From NCBI RefSeq assembly GCF_009914755.1, contig NC_060945.1: 64,000 bases of DNA. One strand, given 5' to 3'. Both the position numbers and the translations under genes were made by a program. The notes beneath the pieces are model-generated. The model worked only from the letters and a program-made list of their open reading frames with translations, was not told where the DNA came from and ran no database searches. This stretch comes from the human T2T-CHM13v2.0 reference genome, Homo sapiens. The first letter of the stretch is position 1. Each line of letters opens with the position of its first letter. This document shows, one piece after another, positions 12,954-27,431 of the stretch.

Positions 12954-14706
12954 TAGGTGCACAAAGTTTAAAAAATAAAATAATTCAACAGAATATTCCA
13001 AATACTCCTTACCTCCTGTGATCCATTTTTTTCTACTCAGGATCAACCACTTTCAACTCTTACCTGTTTTGTTTCTTTCTCAGGTATATGACCTTGATGT
13101 TTCTAAATAATGTGCTAATATTTCCAGTCTTGTTTTTCCCCAGCCATTATCTATTAATATTTACATCCCATTTTGTTTTGTTAAAATTTTTTATTCTTAA
13201 TTATGGATACAAAATAGTGGTATAGCTTCCCATTTTGGAAAATGGTGACTCCTCTTTACTTCTCATATCTATACTCCACCCCCATCCCATCACATGAATT
13301 CTTCTTTGCTCCCCATCTTTCTAAGGTGGTTATATTATTATTTAAGTTGTAACAAATTATTGTATGATGATGATGATGATGCAAATGCTATTCACAACTA
13401 TGCCTTGTAGAATACAATGATTTATACAAATATGATTGTTTTTCCTATTTAAAGCCTGGTTTTCTCTAAATTAAATAGCTGTCCTTAAATATTTTTATAT
13501 TAGTTTTCTATATAATCCTAATTCATACTTTCTGCCAATTGCCTAAATCTCTCCTGGTGTTGCATACCCCTGATGCACTCCTTCTCGAAGATGATAATTT
13601 GTTTTAATCTGGAAAGGCTGATCTCAGAGCTGGTCACACAGCTGTATTCATGGAATTGACTATGACCACACTCCTGCCATTTCATTCACCTCTCTCCCCT
13701 GTCCCCAGGGTTTCATGTCTTCATTTTTCTTGGTTTACCCACTGACTTTACTTAAGCACATTCTCCAGGTGGTTATCTTAGAGAGGGTGCAGGTGATGTA
13801 AAATTCTTGATACCTGAATGTCTGAAAACATTCTTATTCTTCTCTCATACTCAATTGATAGCTTGGCTAGATACAGATGTCTATATTGAGAAATGCTTTC
13901 TTTCAGAATTTTTAAGATGTTGCTTTTCTAACTTCCAGTGTGCTGCTGAAAAATCCAAGGCTATTCAGATTCTTGGTCTTTTTAGGTGACCATTTCCCCT
14001 CCTCTTTGGAAGCTTGCCTTTGTCCCCAGTTTTAAGACTTTGTGATGATGTGACTTCAGTATGGTTTACTCTTAGCCATCATCTGCACACTATGAATTCT
14101 CTTTTAATCAGAATACTTAGGTCATTCTGTTCTGAGAAACTCACTTGAAATACTTCTTAAATAATTTTCTCAGCCTTATTTTCTCTGTTCTATTTCTTGA
14201 GAACTCTTATTTGAATATTGAACTTATGAACTTGTCCTCTAAGTTTCTGATTTTTTTCTTCTCTTTTTTATTTTTGGTTCTGCTTTCTGGAAGATTTCTC
14301 CAATTTTATTTTGTGAAACTTCTATTGAGTTTGTCATTTATGCCATTACGTATATTTTTCTTTTCACTCAGCACGTTCTAGTCTCACCATTATATTTTTA
14401 AAGAATCTAATCTTTTATATTTTTATTTATTGGATATTCCTTTTCTTATGGCAGGCTATACTTGTTTCATGGAAACAATATCTTCTCATAGTTCCCTGAG
14501 GATATTAATGATAATACATTTTCTTCCCTCTGTGTCATCTCTGGTTCTTTTGGTTTGCTTACACTTTAACTTTGTTTTCTATTTTTTGTATTAGATGTCT
14601 TAAGTATCTAGTGATCCTTCATTGTTTGCATATATTTAAGAATATGGCTCACTTAGAGTGTGTACGTGGAGATTGTGAACTTTGTTGTGGGGATATCTGT
14701 GTAGGT

Positions 14707-15623
14707 CAGTGTCATGTAATATTGTTAGCAGTGGCAAATCTGTACAGGTGTGCAGTGACTCAATTCTTGCCTCCTCTGAGGAAAGAATTTGGCTAAGGGG
14801 CATAAGATAGACTGAGAGACTGAGGCAACTTTTAGAGCAGGAGTGAAAGTTTATTAAAAAGTTTCAGCGCAGGAATGAAAGGAAGTAAAATGCACTTGAA
14901 AGAGGGCCAAGTGGGCAACTTGAGAGCTCCAAGGGCCCTGTCTGACCCTTGACTTGGGATTTTATACATTGCTGTGATTCTGGGATTTGCATTTCTTTTT
15001 CCCTAACTCTTCCTTTGGGGTGGGCCCTCCGCATGTGCAGTGGCTTGCCAGCACTTGGGCTGGGCTGCATGCACAGTGAATTTACTGAAGTTGTACACAT
15101 GTTCACTTGAGGTGTTTTTCCCTTACCAATCGAGCGTACTTAGAGGCAAGTCATATACCATTTATGTCCTGCCATTTTGCCTCAGTCCACATGCTTGAGC
15201 CCACTTGCCCAACCCCTGATATTTTATTGGGAACCTGCTGATAAACAGCTTCAGCTATTTTCTGGCTATTTCCTTGGCACCAGCTGCAACCAATTATTAT
15301 TTTAGAGAGACAGTTTTAACAACTGCCTGACCATCACCTGATGGTCGTCTGACATTCCTCGGGGTTGGGGGGCAACCCTCTTCTGCCCTGCTCATGTCTG
15401 CCTGGCTACCTGCTCTAACAATATAACTTTTTATGATGTTGAACATGTTCTATATTTGCACTGTCCGATGCTATAGCTACTAGCCACATGTGCCTATTGA
15501 TCACTTGAAATGTGACTAGTGTGACTGAGGAACTGGTGTTTTAATTTTACTTAATTTTATTACTTTAAGTTTTAGAATAAATTGCCACAAGCGTCTACTT
15601 CCTACTTCATCGGACAACACAGA
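14707..15623 (+). mobile_element. MER3 (hAT-Charlie), split by the MER50 LTR
   Basis: cagtgtcatgtaatat | LTR | ataactttt…ctactagccacatgtg…cacttgaaatgtgactagt…ggacaacacag. Confidence 0.75.
14723..15420 (-). mobile_element. MER50 ERV1 solo LTR
   Basis: TG…CA termini, 4-bp TSD atat (14719-22 and 15421-24); minus strand begins TGTTAGAGCAGGTAGCCAGGCAGACATGAGCAGGGC. Confidence 0.85.
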
Positions 15624-15875
15624 TCTAGGCTATCTCTGAATTTTTTCTATAGCCAGTTTGGTGGATTCATTAGATAAAGAGTTTTTAACTCCTTTCTGGA
15701 AGATTTAGGCCTGATTGCTAGCATGAATGAATTTTAGTTTTTAATATGTCAACATCTACCTAATCCTAATTTTCTGTTCAGTATTGCAGTTCTCACTTCT
15801 CCCAGCACCCTCTGTGTTAGCTTTGCCCAAAAAATAAATTTCCAGGCTTTTCTTGAAAGTAGATAGGAGACTTGA

Positions 15876-16348
<473 letters not shown>

Positions 16349-16634
16349 TTCTTTTTCTTTTTTCCGTCACATGGGCTGGAGTGCAGTGGCACGATCACAC
16401 TCACTGCAACCTTGAACTCTCAAGCTCAAGCAATCATCCTGCTTCAGCCTCCTGAGTGGCTGGGACTACAGGTGTGAGCCACCATGCCTGACTAATTTAT
16501 TTTTGCTTTTATCTTTTGTAGAGACAAGGGTCTCACTACGTTGCCCAGACTGGTCTCGAACTCCTGAGCTCAAGCAATCCCGCCCCAGCCTCCCAAAGTG
16601 CTCAGATTATAGGCATGAGCCACCACACCTGGCC
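16349..16634 (-). mobile_element. AluJ
   Basis: Tandem with the previous Alu; ctcctgagctcaagcaatcc. Confidence 0.88.
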
Positions 16635-18224
16635 CCAACTTCCAAGTTTTGATGCTGTTGTCTCTTCCCTCATTTTTGGTCCCTATAATTTTATGTTCTG
16701 GAAAAAAAAAACTCTTTATCATGTTTTAGTGGGGGTTCAAAACACAAATGAATATGTTCATTTAGCCATCTTTACTCCAGCGTTGGTTTATTTCATATGT
16801 GAATCTATATTTATAATCTTTCCAATATAATCACTTAGTCTACTGTTTTTTAAGTTGTCCTTTAAATGGAACATTTACAGTGTTACCCAACTGTTATAAT
16901 TTAGAATTCATACCTCCAGGAATCATTACAAATCCGTGTAAAATATTTTTGTCTTCTTTTTTTACCAACGCCATCAGCTGATCCCTATAAGCATTTTAAA
17001 CTTGCACTGATTGAGACTGAATCAGAACATCGTGTCTTCTCACAATGAGCTTTTCAAAATAATTGGATAGGCCTCTCATAACAGGAAAGATTTTGTACAG
17101 ATTAAAATATAAGGTGAATTCTTGTATCTCTAAGAAAAAAATGGGAAAAACTACACTTTATATTCATACATATATAATTAGCTGTTCAAAATAATTGAAT
17201 AGGACTCCTATAACTGGATAGATTTTATAAAGACTCCAATATAAGGGAATTCATTTTATTTGTATGAAAAAATGTTCAGGGGAAATGTCATCTTACATTG
17301 AAGTATTTATGGTATTTAGGCAAATCTGCACAAAATATAAAGTATTAGTGTGACTTAAATACATAATCATTGCTACTGTGTTTTCTTTTCTCTTCTCCCA
17401 CTGTAGGGGTGGTCATCAATAATGACTACAGTTGTACATTTTCCTGAGCATAAAGATTCTGATTAGCTATAAAAGTGCCATTGATTGTACCTCCATGTTC
17501 ACGGGATTGGGCATAAGCCCATTATATTTAAGGGAATATCTGACGAGGGGGATAAGCAGAGTCATAGGAAGAGTAAGCCATTCTAACCTTACAAGGGGCT
17601 ACATTTTGAAACTTACATTTCAGCTTGTACCTTTTCTGGAATGGTATGATTTATTTCTGCTCCTTGTTTTCTAACTGTAAACTGACTTTTCTTGCAAAAT
17701 AAAGATGGCGGCTCATCTCTTAAACGCCACGGGTGGACCCAGTCAAGGCCCATGCTTAGAACCTTCAAAGCCCACCAGTCTTCGAGAATGTTTCTTTGGG
17801 GAAAAAGTAACCAGAGCTAGCTGCTTTTGCTTGCATGCCCTTTGGGTGCTAAAAATGAGCCTTGGTGTACAGCTCTTCTGTTTTTGCTGGACCTACTGTA
17901 TGACTTCTGTGTAAATCTTGACAGTTGGCAAATCACGCTTATGTTTGTTTTTCTGTTCAGTGGTTGAAGCTATTGCTGCACCCTCATTGTTCTTTCTTTT
18001 CCCTGAATTCCTACCCCACCCAGAATTTGTAACACACAATTTTCTATCTAATTATATAGTGTCGTTTTGTTGCTACTTGCTTCAGGTAGTCCCACTCTCC
18101 CTACCTCCTTCCTTCCCGCCTCCATCTAACTAAACCGTGGTGGTTCAGAAGACAAAAGTCAGGCATTGTCTGTCTTTGTAACCCCCACGTGCTGCTTGCA
18201 GAGACACTCGGATAATAAGACTCT

Positions 18225-18892
18225 TGCAGGGAGAAAATTTCCCCTTTGCCCTCTAAAGACTCACTGAAAATCAACAGACAAAAAGCACATTAATAAAAGA
18301 AAACGCATACAGAATTTATTTGATGTGCACAGGATGGGAGAATTGCTGGAGAATGATTACCCAATAACCCAGGGTGGTATAGAAGCTTATATATGCTTTT
18401 TCCCAGGGGAGGGGAGAGATGAGGAACGTGGAAAATTCTTTTGAGGGGCAGCAAATCATTTGAGAGAATGAATGGACCCAGAAGATGGGAGGCAGACATT
18501 TTGGGAAGGTGAGAGGTGGGGCTGCACAGGAATGAAGGTTGACTTATTATGAAGCAAAGTCCTCTAGGTAATCACTTGGAGCTGTCCTCAGAAGGATAGA
18601 TGAAAATTCTGTTGGGGACATGGTGATGACTCCCAGTCTCTTCTTTTCTCTGGTGGTTGATCCTCCCTGGTTGTTTGATGAGATTCCCTAGAAAAGGGGT
18701 TTAAGACAATTACAATTCTTTTGGAAAGAAATTTTCTTGGTCAGATAAGGACATTCCAGAAAGAATCACTCCCTGTGCTTGAGGTGGAGGAACAAGTCAA
18801 GGTTAGAAGGACCTTGATTCTGAGGCAGCTTCTAAGTCCTCTCAACATTTCAAAGCACCAGTCTTTGGGGTATCGCTTTCTGAGCCCCAACA
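18225..18892 (-). mobile_element. ERV1 solo LTR (MER39/MER34 group)
   Basis: Minus strand starts TGTTGGGGCTCAGAAAGCGATACCCCAAAG; perfect 4-bp TSD ctct (18221-24 and 18893-96). Confidence 0.82.
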
Positions 18893-18919
18893 CTCTCATA
18901 GCGAGAGACATGACTATCG

Positions 18920-19155
18920 CATGTGTTACCATTTATAGTGTACATCCTCTGTCTCAAGTGCTGTGAAAGCACTTCATGTATTATTTCTCATTCTTACATA
19001 GATCCTTCAAGGGGAATGACATTTTTACTGCCTTTCCCAGTTGAATCTAAGACTCAGAGAAGGCCAGTAAATTCCATACAGCTAGAAAGCATCAGTCAGG
19101 ATTTGAAGCCAGGTTGAACCCAGCATTTGAATCCATGCTCTTTCTACACTTGTAG
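18920..19155 (-). mobile_element. MIR
   Basis: aagcacttcatgtattatttctcatt…gactcagagaagg…ggatttgaagccagg. Confidence 0.65.
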
Positions 19156-20419
19156 TATACCAACTCCTTTCATTCTCAGAACTCACATAAGGTCTGCATA
19201 TTACAGATAAGCTTATTCTACAAGCATATTCTAGCAGCATTATTGAATTTTCATCTAGAGCTGTAATGTGGACTACTAACCTAGATAGAATCGAAATCCA
19301 TCTAGGATGGACTGGATGCTGAGACATATAATGTTAGCTCTGTCCTTTTGGGAATTAGGTGACCAGTTTTCCAAGCAAATGTACTTGTCTCCTTAGGGCC
19401 ATTGGATCCTGGTGAGAACCTGGGAGAGTCAAGATATCATCAATGAGCAGCCTGGTTCTGAAATTCAGAACCCCTCCTGAGTCTAACAATGGCAGAAAGC
19501 TCTTAACTTATTCTTCATTTCCTTCTCTGCATTCCTTACTCCCCAGATTTAAAAACGACACTCTCTCCATGATATAATCATGGGCAAGCACTCTGAGTTG
19601 AGTGTCAGAGGTATTTTATTTGTCTTGGGAAGATGTAAATTCCTGGGTGTGTACAGATTCCAGTGGCTTTCCGAGGGAAAGAGCATGCTGCTTTTCTTAA
19701 GAAAGGCCACCAATGGGAATGATTTCTGGTGATGCAATGTTGATATTTTAGTACCATTCTAGAAAAGGGAAGAGGTGGGGTTTCTCTGGAGCCAGATTAA
19801 CTCATAATTAGTTCTCACGCAGCCTGCTTAAGTAATTATGGTGAAACCAAATCACATTACTTTTTTCTCCTGTTCCTGATAAAAGCTTCAACCCCACTCC
19901 TTCTGCCCCATAGGGCACTTGGCTGGCCATCATACCCTACACTACAGGCACTATTCTTCAGTTCTGTTTCCAGGCTACAACTGTCACTGTGTAAAATAAG
20001 AAGTGTGGGGGAAAAATGTACACCTCTCGGTCTCACTACTTCAGAGGCACCTAGCAACCCTGTCTCCAGGCAGGCAGCACGCATCTCCCTGGTAGTTTAC
20101 AGCCCACTCACAGCAGAGGCGGCATGCTCTCTGCAAATAGCCTACGTCTTTGCTGGTGCCAGCTTGGCGGTGGGGTGGTGGTGTCATTTGGTGTCCTCAG
20201 GGACGTTTGGTTCTTGTTCTGGGAAGACTAGGGCAAAGCAATGACTATTTCACCAAAACTGCCTGAGGGATTAGAAATTAGGTCAAGCAGTTCTGTACTT
20301 GGGGTTGCATTGTCTAAAATCAAAAGCAATGGTTTTTAATCTTTGTTTTTCTCCAGTCTTTGGGACATTTCTGTCATAAACCTTCCAGTATGCTTGGGAA
20401 GATAGAAAAGGATGTTTAT

Positions 20420-21053
<634 letters not shown>

Positions 21054-21529
21054 CATAGAAGGTGTATCTATGCAATGAGCAACTCTGCTGGCCACTTTGT
21101 CTATCTGTCAGCCCACTAACAATGATACACATCAACCATTCTCACATCCATCCTCTGCTTCTAGAATGTCAGCTGGGCTGAAGAGCATCTTGCACTGGTT
21201 TACCAACAAGCCCACATGAACATTCCATTTCAGGCTCAAGTACCACAGGATATTATACATAGATGCTGAGACTTTAAATTAGATTTCTGTACCTGAGGGA
21301 ATTTGTAAAGAGTCTTTGTTTCTTAACTTCTTGTATTTGACTTCATTTTAAGCTCCCCCCCTGGAAGAAGGGCCTTGGAGAATGAAAGTTGTGTCTCTTT
21401 GGGAGGCACACAAAGCTTTTCCTATGTGGTAATTGATTAAAGAATGGAAGAATGCAGGCTTTTAGGAATATAAGGCTTGGGAAACTGAGTCCTGCTGGGT
21501 AGAGAGATGATCTCAAGATATCAGGAAAG

Positions 21530-21872
<343 letters not shown>

Positions 21873-22020
21873 TCATTCACTCATTCACAGAACAGTTATT
21901 GAATTCCTACCACGCGCCAGGCCCTCTGCTAGCAAGGGAAACAAATATGAATGACAAGTGTAATCCACAAGCTCATAGTCTACAGGATATTTTAGTAAAA
22001 GCAATAATTAGAAACAATGT
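21873..22020 (-). mobile_element. L2 3' end
   Basis: tcattcactcattcac…ttattgaattcctacc…gccaggccct. Confidence 0.6.
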
Positions 22021-22119
22021 CAGATTTGTTGTAATGCAAGGAAGTGCATAGCCCTTTGGAATCTCAGACAGTAATGGGAGACCTCTCTAGGGAGATGAAA
22101 GGGAGGGAGGAAGAGAGGG

Positions 22120-22232
22120 CTATATAATTTAATTGTTGATAATAGCCACGTTTAACAATTGGCTGCAAAATTTCTGAAAATTTAACACTCCACTCTCATG
22201 AGCTGATAAAAACTGGCTCCACAACACCATGG
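22120..22232. mobile_element. MER63-like hAT-Blackjack fragment
   Basis: tttaacaattggct…ctgaaaatttaaca…ctggctccacaacacca. Confidence 0.5.
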
Positions 22233-23836
22233 GATGAAGGTGAAATTGGGAAGTGTAGATATGTCTTGTTGCCATGCTAAGGAGGTTGGACTCATTCCAC
22301 AAGGCAGGATAATTTGAAATACTAATTAGTGCTTTTATTTTTCTTGTTTTATATATTTTTACTTTCCCTCACCAAAGAAGTTACCTAACTTCTGTTTTTC
22401 TTGTCTCAGGGTCTTTTGTGCTGCTGGGCAGAAACCAAATATTTTAAAGAAATAAGGCTGGCATTACCTATCTTCATAGCACCTTGTAGATATGGTAGAG
22501 GTGAAGAACGGTAGACAGCATTGTAGGCAAAGACCAGAGGGCCTATTTGTGAATATTCTGGATGAGAGCCCTGTAAATTTCAAAAGATCTTTGATAGAAA
22601 AGGAAGGAGCACAATAAAAAGACTGAAATTGAATTTCTCACTGGCTGAGTGGAAGAGGGTTGAATATAATTTAACAACTGCAGAGAATTTAAGGGAAGAG
22701 AACTTCCTTGCACTCTAGTGTTATAGGGTAAAACTGATACCTGCTAGTCATACACATGTTTTAACCAGAATTATGACCTGATTTTATCTAAATTTTGGAA
22801 GGATAACTCTGCCACCTGCATAGAGAAGGAATTGGAAAGGGGAGAACCAGATGAGCTTGTTGCAATCATCTATGATGGTGAGGAGAGTAGCCAGGGTAGT
22901 CTAGGAAAAAAAGAGGAGAGGATAGACTCCAGAATATTTCAGAGGATAAATCACAATTGATGTCAATATAACTTTGAGGATTTAAAATATGAGTGGTGTG
23001 ATTTAGAGGCAAATGCAAGCCCCATGCCTATTTTGGTTATATCTCTATTTTCTGCCTGGCACAAGGCCTGGCAGTTAGCAGGTGCTCAATAAATATATAT
23101 TGAATGAATGAAAGAGCAAATACATGAGTAAGTCAAATGCACAAACAACTAGGCATGTTTTTATTACATTAAAAGACTAGTCAAAAGAATGAGAAGACAA
23201 ATCACGGATTAAGAAAAAAATCTTGGCAAAAGACAGATCTGACAAAGGTCTGCTATGCAAAATATACGAAAACCTTTTAACACTCAATAATTAAAAAGCA
23301 TCCCAATTAAAAAGGAGGCAAAAGACTTGAACAGAGACCTCACCAAAGAAGTTACACAGATGGCAAATAAGCATATGAAGAGATGCTCTAGTTCATATGT
23401 CATTAGGAAACTGAAATCAAAGTAACAGTGATGCCTGTCCTCTAGATGCCTAATCACTAGATGCCTGCTAGAATGACCAAAATCCAGAACAGTGACAGCA
23501 CCAAATGCTTGTGGAAATGAGGAGCAACAAGAACTCTCATTCATTGCTGGTGGGAACGCAGAATGGCACAGTAACTTTGGAAGGCAGGTTGGCAGTTTCT
23601 CACAAGGCTATATATACTCTTACCGTATGATCCAACAATCATATTCCTTGATGTTTACCCAAATGAGTTGAAAACTGCTGTCCACACAAAAACCTGCACA
23701 GATGTTTTTAGCAGCTTTATTCATAATTGCCAAGACTTGGAAGCAACCAAAATGTCTTTCGGCTGGGTGAATGGATAAACAAACTGTGGCACATCCAGAC
23801 AATGGAATACTATTCAACATCAAAAAGAAATGAGCT

Positions 23837-24059
23837 GGCTGGGCACAGTGGCTCATACCTGTAATCCTAGCACTTTGGGAGCTTAAGGAAGAGGATCACT
23901 TAATGTTGAGACCAGTCTAGGCAACGTGGTGAAACCCTGTCTCTACAAAAAATGCAAAAATTAACCAGGCATGGTGGTGTGCACCTGTGGTCCCAGCTAC
24001 TTCAAAGGCTAAGGTGGGAGGATTCCTTGACCCTGGGAGGTGGAGGCTGCAGAGCTATG
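23837..24059 (+). mobile_element. AluJ lacking its 3' end and tail
   Basis: ggctgggcacagtggctc…ggaggctgcagagctatga joins directly to L1MC sequence. Confidence 0.85.
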
Positions 24060-24359
24060 AAAAGACATGGAGGAAACTGAAATGAAAACTACTAAGTGAA
24101 ATAGTGAAATAAGCTAATCTGAAAAGGCACACACTGTACAATTCCAAGCCAAAAGTATGGGTATGGTAAAAAGATTGGAGCTTGCTGGAGCTGGAGGAAA
24201 GGAAGGGATGAATAGGCAGAGCACATAGGATTTTTAGGGCAGTGAAACTATTCTGTATGATATTATCATGGTGGATACATGTCATCATATACTTGTCAAA
24301 ACCCATACAATATATAACACCCAGAGTGAATCCTAATGTAAACTATAGACTTTGAGTGA

Positions 24360-24778
24360 TAAACACAATTTATGGGAGGCCATTGTTTTGAGCTAGCGTT
24401 CCACATGAGGCTCCAGCAGACCAGACCAAACTAGGATGGAGTCACTTATGTTCCACATTATCAAACGGAACCTTAAAACGGGCCAGTTTAAAAAAATAAA
24501 AACAGCCCAGGAGATTCCAGGCAATCTGAGTCAATGAATAAGGGAGTGCCCTCTGTTTCAACCTTACAAAGAAAGTAACTTTGAAACCACCAATACACTT
24601 TTTGTTCTCTGTTTCTGATTTCTTCAACATTTTCCTGTCTATAAAGCCAATCTCCTCTGCTCAGCTTATCAGAACACTCATTCTGTTTTATAGAATGTGG
24701 TATTGCCTGATTCTAGAATCTCAAATAGAAGCCAGTTAAATTTTTAAACTAGATTTGGGGTAATTTGATCTTTTGACA
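24360..24778 (+). mobile_element. ERV1 (MER4-group) solo LTR, subfamily uncertain
   Basis: tatgggaggccattgtttt…ccagaccaaa…atggagtcact…cttttgaca; TSD gtga. Confidence 0.75.
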
Positions 24779-24983
24779 GTGATGGTGATTTATTAATGTA
24801 GTTCATCAGTTTTAACAAATGTACCACTGTGGGGCAGGATGTTGATTGCGGGGAAGGCTTGTGTGTGTGTGGGTGTGTGTGTGTTGGCAGGTGGGGGAGG
24901 TGCATGTGGCAGTTATGGGACCTCTTTGGACATTACGCCCAGTTTTTCTGTGAAACTTAAAGTGCTCTGAAAATAAAAGTCTA

Positions 24984-25284
<301 letters not shown>

Positions 25285-25650
25285 CTATTTAAAAGGAAAA
25301 AATATGAGTCTCAAAGTGACATGAGAATTTGTGACTCAGTGTCAGAATAGTGGTTATGGAAACTTCACTTCTAAGTCACCTGCAGCTGATATTCTGACCA
25401 GTAGACTGCACTTGTGTAAAGATCAATGAACATGATCAGAAAAACAAATGCTAGTGTGGCAGAAGGAAACTGAGATATAACGGATCATTATGAGGTCTGT
25501 GTTGAAGAAGAGGGTATGAGAATTTGAACCAAGAGTTCTATGAATGTCAAATGACTTTGGGCTTCATTGGAACTCTCTACTAGTTAGAGGGGGTGAATTT
25601 CCTATGCACTAGCTTACCACCGGGCAGTTGTAGCTATTAACATATGACCA

Positions 25651-26684
25651 TGAGATCTACGGAAGAAGGAAAAAGGAAACAACTTTATTTTCTGAGTAAC
25701 AATTAGCAGATTAGGGAAATGTGCTTTCAAGGAAACCAAAAGCATGCAGAAGGGAAGGAAACAGTGGAATTCAGGTCTTCCAGGGTCTGTCTTACATGCT
25801 TATTCATCAGGCTTGGGAAATAGCTATTAATATTTATGGGAAAAGTCAAGCTCATGTCCAGTGAGTTAACATGTATGTAACATACATTCCATGTTCACTT
25901 TGGGGTGGGGTTTTATCATTAAAGTGAGGTGGAATTTGACTTTTTACCTCAAAAAGTGAATTATAGGGCACAAAGACATTTGTGCACAGTCTCTGAAAGC
26001 TGGCTGGGACCGGATTAGGGTCTGTAGCTGCTTATCAGGAAACAATGTTTGTAAGGCAGGTCTCTTGTAAAATGGGTGCTGCTGGCAGGATCCCTAAGGT
26101 GGGGGTCCACCCAAATGAGTCTGGCAATGTTTTCCTAGAACAGGTTTCAGTCTAACTGCAGAAAGAAAACTTTATAGCAGTTAACAAGCCTTTTAGTAGT
26201 AATGCAGGATTTTTTGCTCCTTTTCTCGGCTAAAATCCGAGTTCTTGTCTCACAACCAGGAAAAATCAGGTCCACGGACACATTGAAAGGTGAGGAGAGC
26301 GGAATTTATTAAAAGAAAGCTCTCAGCAAAAAGAGGGGGTCCTGCCAATAGGCTCCCACCTCACAGACTGAATACCAGGCCACCACACACGAGCTGAAGA
26401 AGCCAGACTCTTTCCCCTGATTAGGCAGAATTCCTGGTGGCTCCACCCCATTCCCCCAGTGCTCACGTGAGCCCCCAGTCCACCCAGTCCATTGCAGGCA
26501 TGCCCAGGCAAGATCCTGGGCAAATTCCCTTATCTGTCTCCTGGATCTATCGGTAGTTAACAATGTACAGGTACATGACCAAACCCTTTTCTCTGTTATG
26601 GCCGCTTAATTTTCTCTTGAGGGTCTCAGCCACAGAGAGTTCATCTCATCTGTCAGCTGGGGGTATGTTAATGTTAATATACCA
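25651..26684 (-). mobile_element. ERV1 LTR (MER66/MER101-like, uncertain) hosting MER61
   Basis: catgtatgtaacatacattccatgttcactttggggtgggg…; boundaries approximate. Confidence 0.55.
26200..26552 (-). mobile_element. MER61-like ERV1 solo LTR nested in another LTR
   Basis: atgcaggatttttgctcc…ttcttgtctcac…ttatctgtctcctggatctatc; 4-bp TSD gtag (26196-99 and 26553-56). Confidence 0.78.
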
Positions 26685-27142
26685 AATGCCATTTCAGACC
26701 ATATTGTTCTAAGCAAACAAATATTTGCTTGTAAGCAGGCACAACACAATTTTACAGCCTGTGGTGACTTGGAATATTTTCACTTTCAACCCTTGAACAT
26801 CACCTTCATGAAAGGATTTCTGCATGATGGAGGCAGATAGGTTCTGATCGATGAAAGGGCAGCCCTTTTGGTGAGATCTGATGACAGGATTGTCTGCTAA
26901 GAGAAGGAGCACACGGCCACTGGGGCCTTCAATCTAGAAGCTGCCCTTTGGTATGAACAACTGGCCCAGACAGGTATTTATTTATATGTAACTCCTGCAA
27001 ATATGGAGATGTCTAACTTCCAACAATCACACACAACTTAAACCCCACTAATTTCACCAATGAAAAATTCTAACATGCTAAATAATAAACCTTCTGTATG
27101 TTGACTTCATACAAATACTTTTTAATGCCACCTGGCCAATTC

Positions 27143-27431
27143 TTTTTTTTTTTTTTTTTTTTGTGATGGAGTTTTGCTCTTGTCATCCAGGCTGGAGCGC
27201 AGTGACCCGATCTCGGCTCACTGCAACCTTCGCCTCTTGGGTTCAAGTGAGCCTCAGCCTCCCGAGTAGCTGAGATTACAGGCACCTGCCACCACGCCCG
27301 GCTACTTTTTGTATTTTTAGTAGAGATGGGGTTTCACCATGTTTCCCAGGCTGCTCTCAAACTCCTGACCTCAGGTAATCTGCCCACCTCAACCTCCCAA
27401 AGTGCTGGGATTACAGGCCACGCGCCCGGCC
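27143..27431 (-). mobile_element. AluSq/Sx
   Basis: TSD ccac(c/t)tggccaattctt on both sides; small internal deletions. Confidence 0.92.

Larger units (their letters stand above)
23165..24982 (+). mobile_element. L1MC1/2-like 3' region, interrupted by an AluJ and an LTR
   Basis: aaaagaatgagaagacaa…gagcaacaagaactctcattcattgctgg…taatgtaaactatagactttg…aacaaatgtaccact. Confidence 0.85.

Noticed and set aside
20105-20130. CTCF-like CAGCAGAGGCGGC
   Set aside because: The GGC register does not match the core, so it is too weak to call.
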